From contig NZ_LN831024.1 of the NCBI RefSeq assembly GCF_001457615.1, forward strand, positions 2,160,001-2,192,000: a stretch of DNA of 32,000 nt, in the 5' to 3' direction. The first letter of the stretch is position 1; the number at the start of each line of letters is the position of its first letter. The notes beneath the pieces were generated by a model that searched no databases, was not told the origin of the DNA, and saw only the letters and a list, made by a program, of their open reading frames with translations. Shown here piece after piece: positions 18,329-27,774 of this stretch. The stretch comes from Pseudomonas aeruginosa. Lineage in GTDB: Bacteria; Pseudomonadota; Gammaproteobacteria; Pseudomonadales; Pseudomonadaceae. A program made the translations under genes and the position numbers.

Positions 18329-19105
18329 GAGATGTATACCCAGCCGCAAAAGAAATTTCGCGCCCGCGACGAGAACGAGGTACTGGAGGAGATCCGCCGC
18401 TGCGGCGAGCGCCTGATCGTCAAGCGGGTGTTTCTCGCCGATGGCGACGCCCTGGTATTGCCGACCCGCCGGCTGCTCGCGGTGCTGCAGGCGATTCGCC
18501 AGCACTTGCCGGAGGTGGAGCGGGTATCCAGCTACTGCCTGCCGCGCAACCTGCGCAGGAAGTCGGTCGACGAGTTGCGCGAACTGGCCGACGCCGGGCT
18601 GCGAATGGCCTATGTCGGCGCCGAGTCCGGCGACGACGAAGTGCTGGCGCGGGTCAACAAGGGCGAGACCTATTCCTCTACCCTGGATGCGCTGGAAAAG
18701 CTTGGCGAGGCGGGGATCAGTCGTTCGGTGATGATCCTCAACGGTCTGGGCGGAATGACCCTGAGCGCGCAGCACGCGGACAACTCCGCGCGCCTGATGA
18801 ACGCCGCCCAGCCGGAGTACCTGTCGACCCTGGTGGTGAGTTTCCCTACCGGCGAGCAGCGTTTCCGTGCTGGCTTCGCCGATTTCGAGGCGCTGGATCG
18901 GCGTGCCCTGTTCGTCGAGGTCGAACGCCTGTTGCAGGGTTTGGAGCTCGAAGACACGGTATTTCGCAGCGACCACGCTTCCAACTATCTGGTGCTCAAG
19001 GGCGAACTGGGTGCCGACAAGGCGCGCCTGCTGGCCGAGGTCCGCCAGGCCATCGAGCAGCCGCAGCACGCTGCCCTGCGCCAGGAGTGGCAGCGTGGCC
19101 TGTGA
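18329..19105 (+). pseudogene. Radical SAM protein, 3' fragment (B12-independent radical SAM core remainder)
   Basis: EMYTQPQKKFRARDENEVLEEIRRCGERLIVKRVFLADGDALVLPTRRLLAVLQAIRQ...YVGAESGDDEVLARVNKGET; completes the fragment at 7032..7153. Confidence 0.92.
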
Positions 19106-19169
19106 TGGCGCGGAAGCTGCATCGGCTCGTCATTCGCCGGTTTTCCGACGCCGGCAGGGGAGATGACCG

Positions 19170-19802
19170 ATGTTGCACCTGTTCCGTATCGCCCTGGCGA
19201 TGCTCCTCCTGGGCAGCCTGTCCGCCTGCATGAAGCCCAGCGACCTGGCCGACGGCGCCGACTACTACCTGCGCGACGCCGGGGTGCTCGATCACAGCGC
19301 CAGCCAGCGCAGCAACAACCGGCGGATCCAGGCCGACTCCTTCATCTACATCGGCCAGGGCCCGTTCGTGCCGCCGGGCTACCGGTACGCGCGGCCGAAC
19401 GTGGTGGCCGAGCAGGCCTTCGAAGGTTTCGTCGAGTATTTCCCGCTGGTGCGCCGCGCCAAGGCGCCGCTCGGCCTGGACGACGCGATGCGCGAGGCGC
19501 GTGCCGCCGGCGCTCACTACCTGCTGTACTGCCGTTTCGCCCGGGGCGACAACAGGATCGGCAACTGGGAGGAGTGGGAAGACGAAGAGGAACTCGGCCG
19601 GGTCGGGCGCGATCGCAGTGTCATCCAGGTCATGCTGATCGAGACCAGCACCCGTTTCCTGGTGGACAGCGCGACCATCCGCAGCCGCGGCGGTTTCCTG
19701 ACGTTCTACGACGCCACCCCGGAAGACCTGCTGCGTCCCCCGCTGGAGCAATACGCCCAGGAATTGCTGGGCCTGAACAGTCGAGGAACAGGCTATGAGT
19801 GA
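19170..19802 (+). CDS. DUF4823-like lipoprotein
   Basis: MLHLFRIALAMLLLGSLSACMKPSDLADGADYYLRDAGVLDHS; lipobox LGSLSAC; length and pattern fit the family. Confidence 0.7.
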   Translation: MLHLFRIALAMLLLGSLSACMKPSDLADGADYYLRDAGVLDHSASQRSNNRRIQADSFIYIGQGPFVPPGYRYARPNVVAEQAFEGFVEYFPLVRRAKAPLGLDDAMREARAAGAHYLLYCRFARGDNRIGNWEEWEDEEELGRVGRDRSVIQVMLIETSTRFLVDSATIRSRGGFLTFYDATPEDLLRPPLEQYAQELLGLNSRGTGYE

Positions 19803-20364
19803 TACCGGCAAGGCCAACGACCTGCTGGCGCAGATCCCCAGGGGCGAAAAGAAGGGCCTGCCGCCCGTGCACCTGTGGAATCCGCCGTTCTGCGGCGACA
19901 TCGACATGCGCATCGCCCGCGACGGCACCTGGTTCTACCTGGGCACGCCGATCGGACGCAAGCCGATGGTGAAGCTGTTCTCCAGCATCATTCGCCGCGA
20001 CGGCGACGACTATTTCCTGGTGACTCCGGTGGAAAAGGTCGGTATCCGCGTCGACGATGCGCCCTTCGTCGCGGTGACCCTGCAGGTGCAGGGCGAGGGC
20101 GGGGCGCAGGTACTGCGCTTCGCCACCAACGTCGAGGACGAGGTCGAGGCGGACGCCGGGCATCCGCTGCGCGTCGAGATCGACCCCCGCAGCCAGGAAC
20201 CCACGCCCTACCTGCGGGTGCGCGACAACCTCGAGGCGCTGGTGCATCGCAACGTGTTCTACCAGCTGGTCGAGCTGGCGGTGCCGCGCCGGATCGACGG
20301 CATCGAATGGCTCGGCGTCTGGAGCCACGGCGAGTTCTTTCCCCTCGGCCCGCAGCCGGACTGA
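19795..20364 (+). CDS. DUF1285 domain protein
   Basis: PPVHLWNPPFCGDIDMRIARDGTWFYLGTPIGRKPMVKLFSSIIRRDGDDYFLVTPVEKVGIRVDDAPF. Confidence 0.88.
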   Translation: MSDTGKANDLLAQIPRGEKKGLPPVHLWNPPFCGDIDMRIARDGTWFYLGTPIGRKPMVKLFSSIIRRDGDDYFLVTPVEKVGIRVDDAPFVAVTLQVQGEGGAQVLRFATNVEDEVEADAGHPLRVEIDPRSQEPTPYLRVRDNLEALVHRNVFYQLVELAVPRRIDGIEWLGVWSHGEFFPLGPQPD

Positions 20365-20373
20365 CAGGCGCAG

Positions 20374-20407
20374 CATGAAAAAAGGCTCCCGAGGGAGCCT
20401 TTTTCGT
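20374..20407. terminator. Bidirectional rho-independent terminator between the DUF1285 gene and ETF-QO
   Basis: AAAAAAGGCTCCCGAGGGAGCCTTTTTCG. Confidence 0.88.
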
Positions 20408-20412
20408 TTGCC

Positions 20413-22053
20413 TTACATGTTGGGGTAGTTCGGCCCGCCGGTACCTTCCGGCGCCACCCAGGTGATGTTCTGCGCCGGGTCCTTGATGTCGCAGGTCTTG
20501 CAGTGCACGCAGTTCTGCGCGTTGATCTGGAAGCGCTTGCTGCCGTCGTCGTTGGCCACCACTTCGTACACGCCTGCCGGGCAGTAGCGCTGGGCCGGCT
20601 CGTCGTAGAGCGGCAGGTTCTTCTCGATCGGAATGCTCGCATCGGCCAGCTTGAGGTGGATCGGCTGGTCTTCCTCGTGGTTGGTATTGGAGAGGAACAC
20701 CGAGGACAGCTTGTCGAAGCTGAGCTTGCCGTCCGGCTTCGGGTAGTCGATCTTCGGCGCTTCGCTGGCCTTTTTCAGGCAGGCGTAGTCCGGCTTGTCG
20801 TCATGCAGGGTGACGGGGATCTTGCCGCCGAAGATGTTCTGGTCGATGAAGTTGAACGCGCCGCCGCCGATAGCGCCGAACTTGTGGATGGCCGCGCCGA
20901 AGTTGCGGCTGCGGAACAGTTCGTCGTACAACCAGCTGGCCTTGAACGCATCGACGTAGCTGGACAGCTCGTCGCCGCCTTCGCGGCCGGCGGCCAGGGC
21001 CTCGGCGATCGCGTCGGCGGCGAGCATGCCGGACTTCATCGCGGTGTGGCTGCCCTTGATCTTGGCGAAGTTCAGGGTGCCGAGGTCACAACCGATCAGC
21101 GCGCCGCCGGGGAAGACCATCTTCGGCAGCGAATTCAGGCCGCCCTTGCAGATGGCCCGGGCGCCGTAGGCCACGCGCTTGCCGCCTTCCAGGTACTGCT
21201 TGACCACCGGGTGGTGCTTGTAGCGCTGGAACTCGTCGAACGGCGACAGGTGCGGGTTGCTGTAGGACAGGTCGATGATCAGGCCGACGAACACTTGGTT
21301 GTTCTCCAGGTGGTAGAGGAACGAGCCGCCGGTATTTTCGTCGTTCAGCGGCCAGCCGGCGGTATGGACCACCAGGCCGGGCTTGTGCTTGGACGGGTCG
21401 ATGTCCCAGATTTCCTTGATGCCGATACCGTAGTGCTGGGCATCGGCCTCGCTATCCAGGTTGTATTTCTTGATCAGTTGCTTGCCGATGTGCCCGCGGC
21501 AGCCTTCGGCGAACAGGGTGTACTTGGCCCGCAGCTCCATGCCGGGGGTGTAGTAGCCTTCTTTCGGGTTGCCTTCGCGGTCGACGCCGAGGTCGCCGGT
21601 GACGATGCCGCGGACCACGCCGTTCTCGTCGATCAGCGCTTCCTGGGCGGCGAAGCCCGGATAGATCTCCACGCCCAGTCCTTCGGCCTGCTGGGCCAGC
21701 CAGCGGCAGAGGTTGCCCAGGGAGATGATATAGTTGCCCTCGTTGTGCATGGTCTTGGGCACGAAGAAGTTGGGCACCTTGGTAGCGCTCTCGGCGCTCT
21801 TCAGGACGTAGATGTCGTCGCCGGTCACCGGGGTATTGAGCGGCGCGCCGAGTTCCTTCCAGTCGGGGAACAGCTCGTTCAGCGCGCGCGGCTCGAACAC
21901 CGCGCCGGAGAGGATGTGGGCGCCCACTTCGGAACCCTTCTCGACCACGCAGACGCTGATCTCTTGACCGGCTTCGGCGGCCTTCTGCTTCAGTCGGCAT
22001 GCGGCGGACAGACCGGCGGGGCCGGCGCCGACGATGACGACGTCGAATTCCAT
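20413..22053 (-). CDS. Electron transfer flavoprotein-ubiquinone oxidoreductase
   Basis: MEFDVVIVGAGPAGLSAACRLKQ...; C-terminal 4Fe-4S motif QNCVHCKTCDIKDPAQNITWVAPEGTGGPNYPNM. Confidence 0.95.
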   Translation of the reverse strand: MEFDVVIVGAGPAGLSAACRLKQKAAEAGQEISVCVVEKGSEVGAHILSGAVFEPRALNELFPDWKELGAPLNTPVTGDDIYVLKSAESATKVPNFFVPKTMHNEGNYIISLGNLCRWLAQQAEGLGVEIYPGFAAQEALIDENGVVRGIVTGDLGVDREGNPKEGYYTPGMELRAKYTLFAEGCRGHIGKQLIKKYNLDSEADAQHYGIGIKEIWDIDPSKHKPGLVVHTAGWPLNDENTGGSFLYHLENNQVFVGLIIDLSYSNPHLSPFDEFQRYKHHPVVKQYLEGGKRVAYGARAICKGGLNSLPKMVFPGGALIGCDLGTLNFAKIKGSHTAMKSGMLAADAIAEALAAGREGGDELSSYVDAFKASWLYDELFRSRNFGAAIHKFGAIGGGAFNFIDQNIFGGKIPVTLHDDKPDYACLKKASEAPKIDYPKPDGKLSFDKLSSVFLSNTNHEEDQPIHLKLADASIPIEKNLPLYDEPAQRYCPAGVYEVVANDDGSKRFQINAQNCVHCKTCDIKDPAQNITWVAPEGTGGPNYPNM

Positions 22054-22388
22054 GTATTCGCGTTCCACTATCGATCTCCTACTCAAGGCTCACGGTATCT
22101 GTTTATTGGTGGCTGAGATCTTTCCCTGATCAGAGCGGGCGCATTATATATAGCTGCATGGGCAGGTCCAATACAAACGTTTGTTTGAATTCTTTGGAAG
22201 CCTGATAGAATCGGCATTCGAGGGGGGGAAACCACCCTTTTGCCGTATTGACCGAAAAGGGTGATCCGGTCAAGATACGGGCGGTTTTGCGGTCGCTGTC
22301 TAGCAGAGTGTCGGTTTCCGGCCGGCGAGCATCACCGGCCAGGCCTGTCTGGCGACATCCTTATTCACCGGAGAATAACGAGGAATCC

Positions 22389-23138
22389 ATGAAGGTTCTT
22401 GTAGCAGTCAAACGAGTGGTCGACTACAACGTCAAGGTCCGCGTCAAGGCGGACAACTCCGGCGTCGACCTCGCCAACGTCAAGATGTCCATGAACCCCT
22501 TCTGCGAAATCGCCGTGGAAGAAGCCGTGCGCCTGAAAGAGAAGGGCGTGGCTACCGAGATCGTCGCTGTCTCCGTCGGCCCGACCGCCGCCCAGGAGCA
22601 ACTGCGCACCGCGCTGGCGCTGGGCGCTGACCGTGCGATCCTGGTGGAGAGCAACGACGAGCTGAACTCCCTGGCCGTGGCCAAGCTGCTCAAGGCCGTG
22701 GTCGACAAGGAGCAGCCGCAGCTGGTGATCCTCGGCAAGCAGGCCATCGACAGCGACAACAACCAGACCGGCCAGATGCTCGCCGCGCTGACCGGCTACG
22801 CCCAGGGCACCTTCGCCTCCAAGGTCGAGGTCGCTGGCGACAAGGTCAACGTGACCCGCGAGATCGATGGCGGTCTGCAGACCGTCGCGCTGAACCTGCC
22901 GGCCATCGTCACCACCGACCTGCGCCTGAACGAGCCGCGCTACGCGTCGCTGCCGAACATCATGAAAGCCAAGAAGAAGCCGCTGGACGTGGTGACCCCG
23001 GACGCCCTGGGCGTTTCCACCGCTTCCACCGTGAAGACCCTGAAGGTCGAGGCGCCGGCTGCACGCTCCGCTGGCATCAAGGTCAAGTCCGTGGCTGAAC
23101 TGGTAGAGAAACTGAAGAACGAGGCGAAGGTAATCTAA
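22389..23138 (+). CDS. etfB: Electron transfer flavoprotein beta subunit
   Basis: [53 protein letters not shown]. Confidence 0.96.
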   Translation: MKVLVAVKRVVDYNVKVRVKADNSGVDLANVKMSMNPFCEIAVEEAVRLKEKGVATEIVAVSVGPTAAQEQLRTALALGADRAILVESNDELNSLAVAKLLKAVVDKEQPQLVILGKQAIDSDNNQTGQMLAALTGYAQGTFASKVEVAGDKVNVTREIDGGLQTVALNLPAIVTTDLRLNEPRYASLPNIMKAKKKPLDVVTPDALGVSTASTVKTLKVEAPAARSAGIKVKSVAELVEKLKNEAKVI

Positions 23139-24067
23139 TGGCTATCCTGGTTATCGCTGAGCACAACAACGCGGCCCTGGCGGCTGCCACCCTGAACACC
23201 GTTGCCGCTGCCAAGGCCATTGGCGGCGACATCCACGTGCTGGTCGCCGGACAGAACGTTGCCGCCGTGGCCGAAGCCGCCGCCAAGGTCGAGGGCGTCT
23301 CCAAGGTGCTGGTCGCCGACAACGCCGCCTACGCCCACCAACTGCCGGAAAACGTCGCACCGCTGATCGCCGAGCTGGGCAAGAACTACAGCCACGTGCT
23401 GGCCCCGGCTACCACCAACGGCAAGAACTTCCTGCCGCGCGTCGCCGCGCTGCTGGACGTCGACCAGATCTCCGAGATCGTCGAAGTGGTCAGCCCCGAC
23501 ACCTTCAAGCGTCCGATCTACGCCGGCAACGCCATCGCTACCGTGCAGTCCTCGGCTGCGGTCAAGGTGATCACCGTGCGTACCACCGGCTTCGACGCCG
23601 TCGCCGCCGAAGGCGGTTCGGCTGCCGTCGAGCAGGTTTCCGGCCCGGCCGATACCGGCAAGTCCGCCTTCGTCGGCGAAGAGCTGGCCAAGTCCGACCG
23701 TCCGGAACTGACCGCTGCCAAGATCGTGGTCTCCGGCGGCCGCGGCATGCAGAACGGCGACAACTTCAAGATCCTCTACGCCCTGGCCGACAAGCTGGGT
23801 GCCGCAGTCGGCGCTTCCCGCGCCGCGGTCGACGCCGGTTTCGTGCCGAACGACATGCAGGTCGGCCAGACCGGCAAGATCGTCGCCCCGCAGCTGTACA
23901 TCGCGGTGGGTATCTCCGGTGCCATCCAGCACCTGGCGGGCATGAAGGACTCGAAGGTGATCGTCGCGATCAACAAGGACGAAGAGGCGCCGATCTTCCA
24001 GGTCGCCGACTACGGCCTGGTCGCCGACCTGTTCGACGCCGTACCGGAGCTGGAAAAGGCCGTCTGA
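23138..24067 (+). CDS. etfA: Electron transfer flavoprotein alpha subunit
   Basis: [22 protein letters not shown]...; overlaps etfB stop (TAATG). Confidence 0.96.
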   Translation: MAILVIAEHNNAALAAATLNTVAAAKAIGGDIHVLVAGQNVAAVAEAAAKVEGVSKVLVADNAAYAHQLPENVAPLIAELGKNYSHVLAPATTNGKNFLPRVAALLDVDQISEIVEVVSPDTFKRPIYAGNAIATVQSSAAVKVITVRTTGFDAVAAEGGSAAVEQVSGPADTGKSAFVGEELAKSDRPELTAAKIVVSGGRGMQNGDNFKILYALADKLGAAVGASRAAVDAGFVPNDMQVGQTGKIVAPQLYIAVGISGAIQHLAGMKDSKVIVAINKDEEAPIFQVADYGLVADLFDAVPELEKAV

Positions 24068-24077
24068 GCCCGATTCC

Positions 24078-24115
24078 AAGCCGACAAGACCCGCTCCCCG
24101 GAGCGGGTTTTTTTA
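24078..24115 (+). terminator. Rho-independent terminator downstream of etfA
   Basis: AGACCCGCTCCCCGGAGCGGGTTTTTTTATG: stem plus T run. Confidence 0.85.
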
Positions 24116-24251
24116 TGTCCGGGCTGCGACGCGTGACCCTTTGGTCACGATTCCTGCCTTCGGTCCGCCCAAGCGGAGGTGTCTCATTTACAATGCGCGA
24201 CGTCTCTAGCTCCTGAATGTGCTTTTCCGGCATCTAGCAACCGAGGTTTTC

Positions 24252-25448
24252 ATGATCATCAAACCGCGCGTGCGTGGCTTCATCTGCGTCACTACCCATC
24301 CGGCAGGCTGCGAGGCCAACGTCAAGCAACAGATCGACTACGTCGAGGCCAAGGGCCCCGTCGTCAACGGACCGAAGAAGGTCCTGGTCATCGGTTCCTC
24401 CACCGGCTATGGCCTGGCTGCCCGCATCACCGCCGCGTTCGGTTCCGGCGCCGATACCCTCGGGGTGTTCTTCGAGCGTCCGGGCAGCGAGAGCAAGCCG
24501 GGCACCGCCGGCTGGTACAACTCGGCGGCCTTCGAGAAGTTCGCCCACGAGAAAGGCCTGTATGCCCGCAGCATCAATGGCGACGCTTTCTCCGACGAGG
24601 TGAAGCGGCTGACCATCGAGACCATCAAGCGCGATCTCGGCAAGGTCGACCTGGTGGTCTACAGCCTGGCCGCGCCGCGCCGTACCCATCCGAAGAGCGG
24701 CGAAGTGTTCTCCTCGACCCTCAAGCCGATCGGCAAGTCGGTCAGCTTCCGTGGCCTGGACACCGACAAGGAAGTGATCAAGGACGTGGTCCTGGAGGCG
24801 GCCAGCGACCAGGAGGTCGCCGATACCGTTGCGGTGATGGGCGGCGAGGACTGGCAGATGTGGATCGACGCGCTGCTGGAGGCCGACGTGCTGGCCGACG
24901 GCGCGAAGACCACCGCGTTCACCTACCTGGGCGAGAAGATCACCCACGACATCTACTGGAACGGTTCCATCGGCGCAGCCAAGAAGGATCTCGACCAGAA
25001 GGTCCTCGGTATCCGCGACAAGCTCGCCCCGCTGGGCGGCGACGCGCGCGTCTCGGTGCTCAAGGCGGTGGTGACCCAGGCCAGCTCGGCGATCCCGATG
25101 ATGCCGCTGTACCTGTCGCTGCTGTTCAAGGTGATGAAGGAGCAGGGTACCCACGAAGGTTGCATCGAGCAGGTCGACGGCCTGTACCGGGAGAGCCTGT
25201 ACGGCGCCGAGCCGCGCCTCGACGAGGAAGGCCGCCTGCGTGCCGACTACAAGGAACTGCAGCCGGAAGTGCAGTCCCGTGTCGAGGAGCTGTGGGACAA
25301 GGTAACCAACGAGAACCTTTACGAATTGACCGACTTCGCTGGCTACAAGAGCGAGTTCCTCAACCTGTTCGGTTTCGAGGTCGCTGGGGTCGACTACGAG
25401 CAGGACGTCAACCCGGACGTGCAGATCGCCAACCTGATCCAGGCCTGA
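24252..25448 (+). CDS. fabV: Trans-2-enoyl-CoA/enoyl-ACP reductase FabV
   Basis: [31 protein letters not shown]...[25 protein letters not shown]...; recognised FabV. Confidence 0.95.
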
Positions 25449-25521
25449 GGCCTGGATCCGAGCCGTCCTCGCGACGGCTCCCGCTCCCCCGGAACCGGCG
25501 CCCAGGCGCCGGTTCGCGTTT

Positions 25522-26469
25522 TCAGCGACCGGCCACCTGGGCGTTCCGTACGCCGTCGAGGAAGGCCTGGTAGTGCTGCGCGGTTTCCTCCGGGCGTTCG
25601 ACCATCGGCACGTGTCCGCAGTTTTCCATGATCACCACGCTGGGCCGCTTCAGCAGCGGACGCATCACCTCGATGCTGGAGACGTCCAGCACGCGGTCGC
25701 GGTCGCCCCAGAGCAGCAGGGTCGGTGCCTCGATCTTCGGCAGTTCCGGCTCCAGCGGGATGTAGCGCTGGCGCAGTTGTTCGAATATCTGCGCGTTGAA
25801 CGCCGACGCGGCTACCGCGCGTTCGCCGAGGTAGCGCTTGAGCGGCGCCGGCAGCGGCGGTTGCTGGACGAACACGAAGTCGAGCAGCTTCTGGAAGTCT
25901 TCCGGCTGGCGCACCACCAGGGGATTCTCGCCGCGCTCCAGGTCCTCGAACAGTTCGCTCTTGCGCGCCGGCATCACCCCGGCGTTGTCGATCAGCGCCA
26001 GCGATAGCACCTGTTCCGGATGGCGCGCCGCGTAGAGCGCGGCGATGTGCCCGCCCATGGAGTTGCCGGCCAGGTGCAGGCGGCGCACGCCGATGGCGGC
26101 GGCGAAATTGGCGACTCGCTCGGCCTGGGTGCCGACGTCGTAGCTGGCCTGTTGCGGCTTGCTGCTGTCGCCGAAGCCGGGCAGGTCGAGGGCGACCACA
26201 TGGTAGCGCTCGGTCAGCGGCCGGGCGAAGCGCAGCCAGTTGTCCTTGTCGGCGCCGAAGCCGTGGATCAGCAACAGGGTCGGGTTCTTCTCCGAGCCAC
26301 CTTCCAGGTAGGCGATCTCCAGGTTGTCGACCTGCACGCTGTGCTCGCTGAGACCGGCGAGACCGCGCTCGACGGTGCGTACGCTGGCGAGGAGGGTAGC
26401 CGGGACGAAGTAGAGGACGCCGGCGGCGACCGCCAGCAGCAGAACCAGACCGAGGAGGAATCGTTTCAT
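25522..26469 (-). CDS. Alpha/beta hydrolase (lipase/esterase-like) with N-terminal signal/anchor
   Basis: LLLIHGFGADKDNWLRFA..., LHLAGNSMGGHIAALYA (GNSMGG nucleophile elbow), NCGHVPMVERP. Confidence 0.92.
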   Translation of the reverse strand: MKRFLLGLVLLLAVAAGVLYFVPATLLASVRTVERGLAGLSEHSVQVDNLEIAYLEGGSEKNPTLLLIHGFGADKDNWLRFARPLTERYHVVALDLPGFGDSSKPQQASYDVGTQAERVANFAAAIGVRRLHLAGNSMGGHIAALYAARHPEQVLSLALIDNAGVMPARKSELFEDLERGENPLVVRQPEDFQKLLDFVFVQQPPLPAPLKRYLGERAVAASAFNAQIFEQLRQRYIPLEPELPKIEAPTLLLWGDRDRVLDVSSIEVMRPLLKRPSVVIMENCGHVPMVERPEETAQHYQAFLDGVRNAQVAGR

Positions 26470-26597
26470 GGGTGTCCGAAGGCTTCAGGAAAAAAGGGGC
26501 CAGCGCTGAACGCTAGCCGTGCCGGCCCGCTGTCGCAAGCCTTGTGACGAGTCTAGGCGTGCTGCCGGTGGTCGGCGCCGAACCTAAGGACGGCGGT

Positions 26598-27350
26598 TCA
26601 TTCGCCGGGTCGATAGAGATGTCGATGCTCGGCGCGGTACAGCGAAGAGTCGGCGAAGCCTTCGGCGGCCAGCACCTCGCCGACCAGGATCAGCGCGGTG
26701 CGGCGGAAATTCCTGGCGGCGACCTTGGGCAGGATGTCGCCGAGGGTGCCGCGAACCTGTTCCTGGTCGGGCCAACTGGCCCGGTGGATCACCGCGACCG
26801 GGCAGTCGGCGCCGTAGTGCGGCAGCAGTTCCTCGACGATCTTCGCCAGGTGGGCGACGCCCAGGTGGATCGCCAGGGTCGCCCGGTGCCGCGCCAGGTC
26901 ACCCAGGCTCTCGCCTTCCGGCATCTTCGTGCGTGCGGCGTAGCGGGTCAGGATCAGCGTCTGGGACACTTCGGGCAGGGTCAGCTCGCAGCCGAGCAGG
27001 GCGGCGCAGGCGGCGGTGGCGGTGACCCCGGGGACGATCTCATAGGGGATGCCGAGTTCGCGCAGGTGGCGGATCTGCTCGCCGATGGCGCCGTACAGGG
27101 AGGGATCGCCGGAATGCACGCGGGCTACGTCGAGGCCACGGCGATGGGCTTGCGCGAGTAGCTCGACGATCTGTTCGAGGTCCAGCTCGGCGGTGTTCAC
27201 CACCTGGCCGGCCTGGTGCCCCTCGAGCAGCGCTTGCGGAACCAGCGAGCCGGCGTAGAGGATCACCGGGCACTGGCGGATCAGGCGCTGCCCCTTGACG
27301 GTGATCAGGTCAGGGTCGCCGGGACCGGCGCCGATGAAATAGACGGTCAT
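26598..27350 (-). CDS. cobM: Precorrin-4 C11-methyltransferase
   Basis: MTVYFIGAGPGDPDLITVKGQRLIRQCPVILYAGSLVP...; in cobalamin cluster. Confidence 0.95.
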   Translation of the reverse strand: MTVYFIGAGPGDPDLITVKGQRLIRQCPVILYAGSLVPQALLEGHQAGQVVNTAELDLEQIVELLAQAHRRGLDVARVHSGDPSLYGAIGEQIRHLRELGIPYEIVPGVTATAACAALLGCELTLPEVSQTLILTRYAARTKMPEGESLGDLARHRATLAIHLGVAHLAKIVEELLPHYGADCPVAVIHRASWPDQEQVRGTLGDILPKVAARNFRRTALILVGEVLAAEGFADSSLYRAEHRHLYRPGE

Positions 27351-27774
27351 GGGAGTTCTCGTTCGGTGAGAAGACGTGCCAGGGCGATGCTCGCCCGATC
27401 GTCGCTGCGTTTCGCGCCGAGCAGATCGGCGCGACCGCCACCCAGGCGTTCGGCCAGGGCCAGGGCGGCGGCCTCGGCGACGCTGGAGCAGCCGGTTTCG
27501 CGCAGCGCGACGGCGGAGGGGCTGAGCAGGCGCGGCTCGTAGTCGTGCAGGACGGCGGGTGCGAGGAAATGCACGGGCGTTCGAGCAGCGCGGCCAGTTG
27601 CCGCAGGCCGGGTTCGTCGCGTTTGCCGTCGATGCTGGCGAGGGCGTCCAGCTCGGCCAGGCTGCGCCCGTGTTCGCCCAGCGTTCGCTCCAGCAGCGCG
27701 CGCAGATGCTCGGCGCTACAGCCTCGGCGGCAGCCGATGCCGGCGATCAGCAGGCTGGGGATGGGCAGGGGCAT
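27347..27774 (-). pseudogene. cobE: Cobalamin biosynthesis protein CobE, apparently frameshifted
   Basis: MPLPIPSLLIAGIGCRRGCSAEHLRALLERTLGEHGRSLAELDALASIDGKRDEPGLRQLAALLERP, then the frame shifts near 27575; continuation VHFLAPAVLHDYEPRLLSPSAVALRETGCSSVAEAAALALAERLGG... ends at 27347. Confidence 0.82.

Larger units (their letters stand above)
7154..18330. mobile_element. ~11.2 kb defence-type genomic island inserted in a radical SAM gene, no integrase detected
   Basis: Joining ...TGCGGCTTTTGCGA (to 7153) with GATGTATACCCAG (from 18331) restores CGFCEMYTQPQKK in frame. 9-bp terminal inverted repeats TAGTTATCC 7155-7163 and GGATAACTA 18315-18323. Contents are an IS and an R-M locus with lower GC than the flanks. 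Confidence 0.88.

Noticed and set aside
7154-18330. Searched for a CRISPR array, retron-like RT, prophage structural genes or Tn7-like genes
   Set aside because: No regularly spaced repeats, no RT motif (YxDD), and no phage or Tns proteins among the ORFs.
24179-25573. 464 aa plus-strand ORF overlapping fabV in another frame
   Set aside because: Arg/Pro/Gly-rich shadow of fabV.
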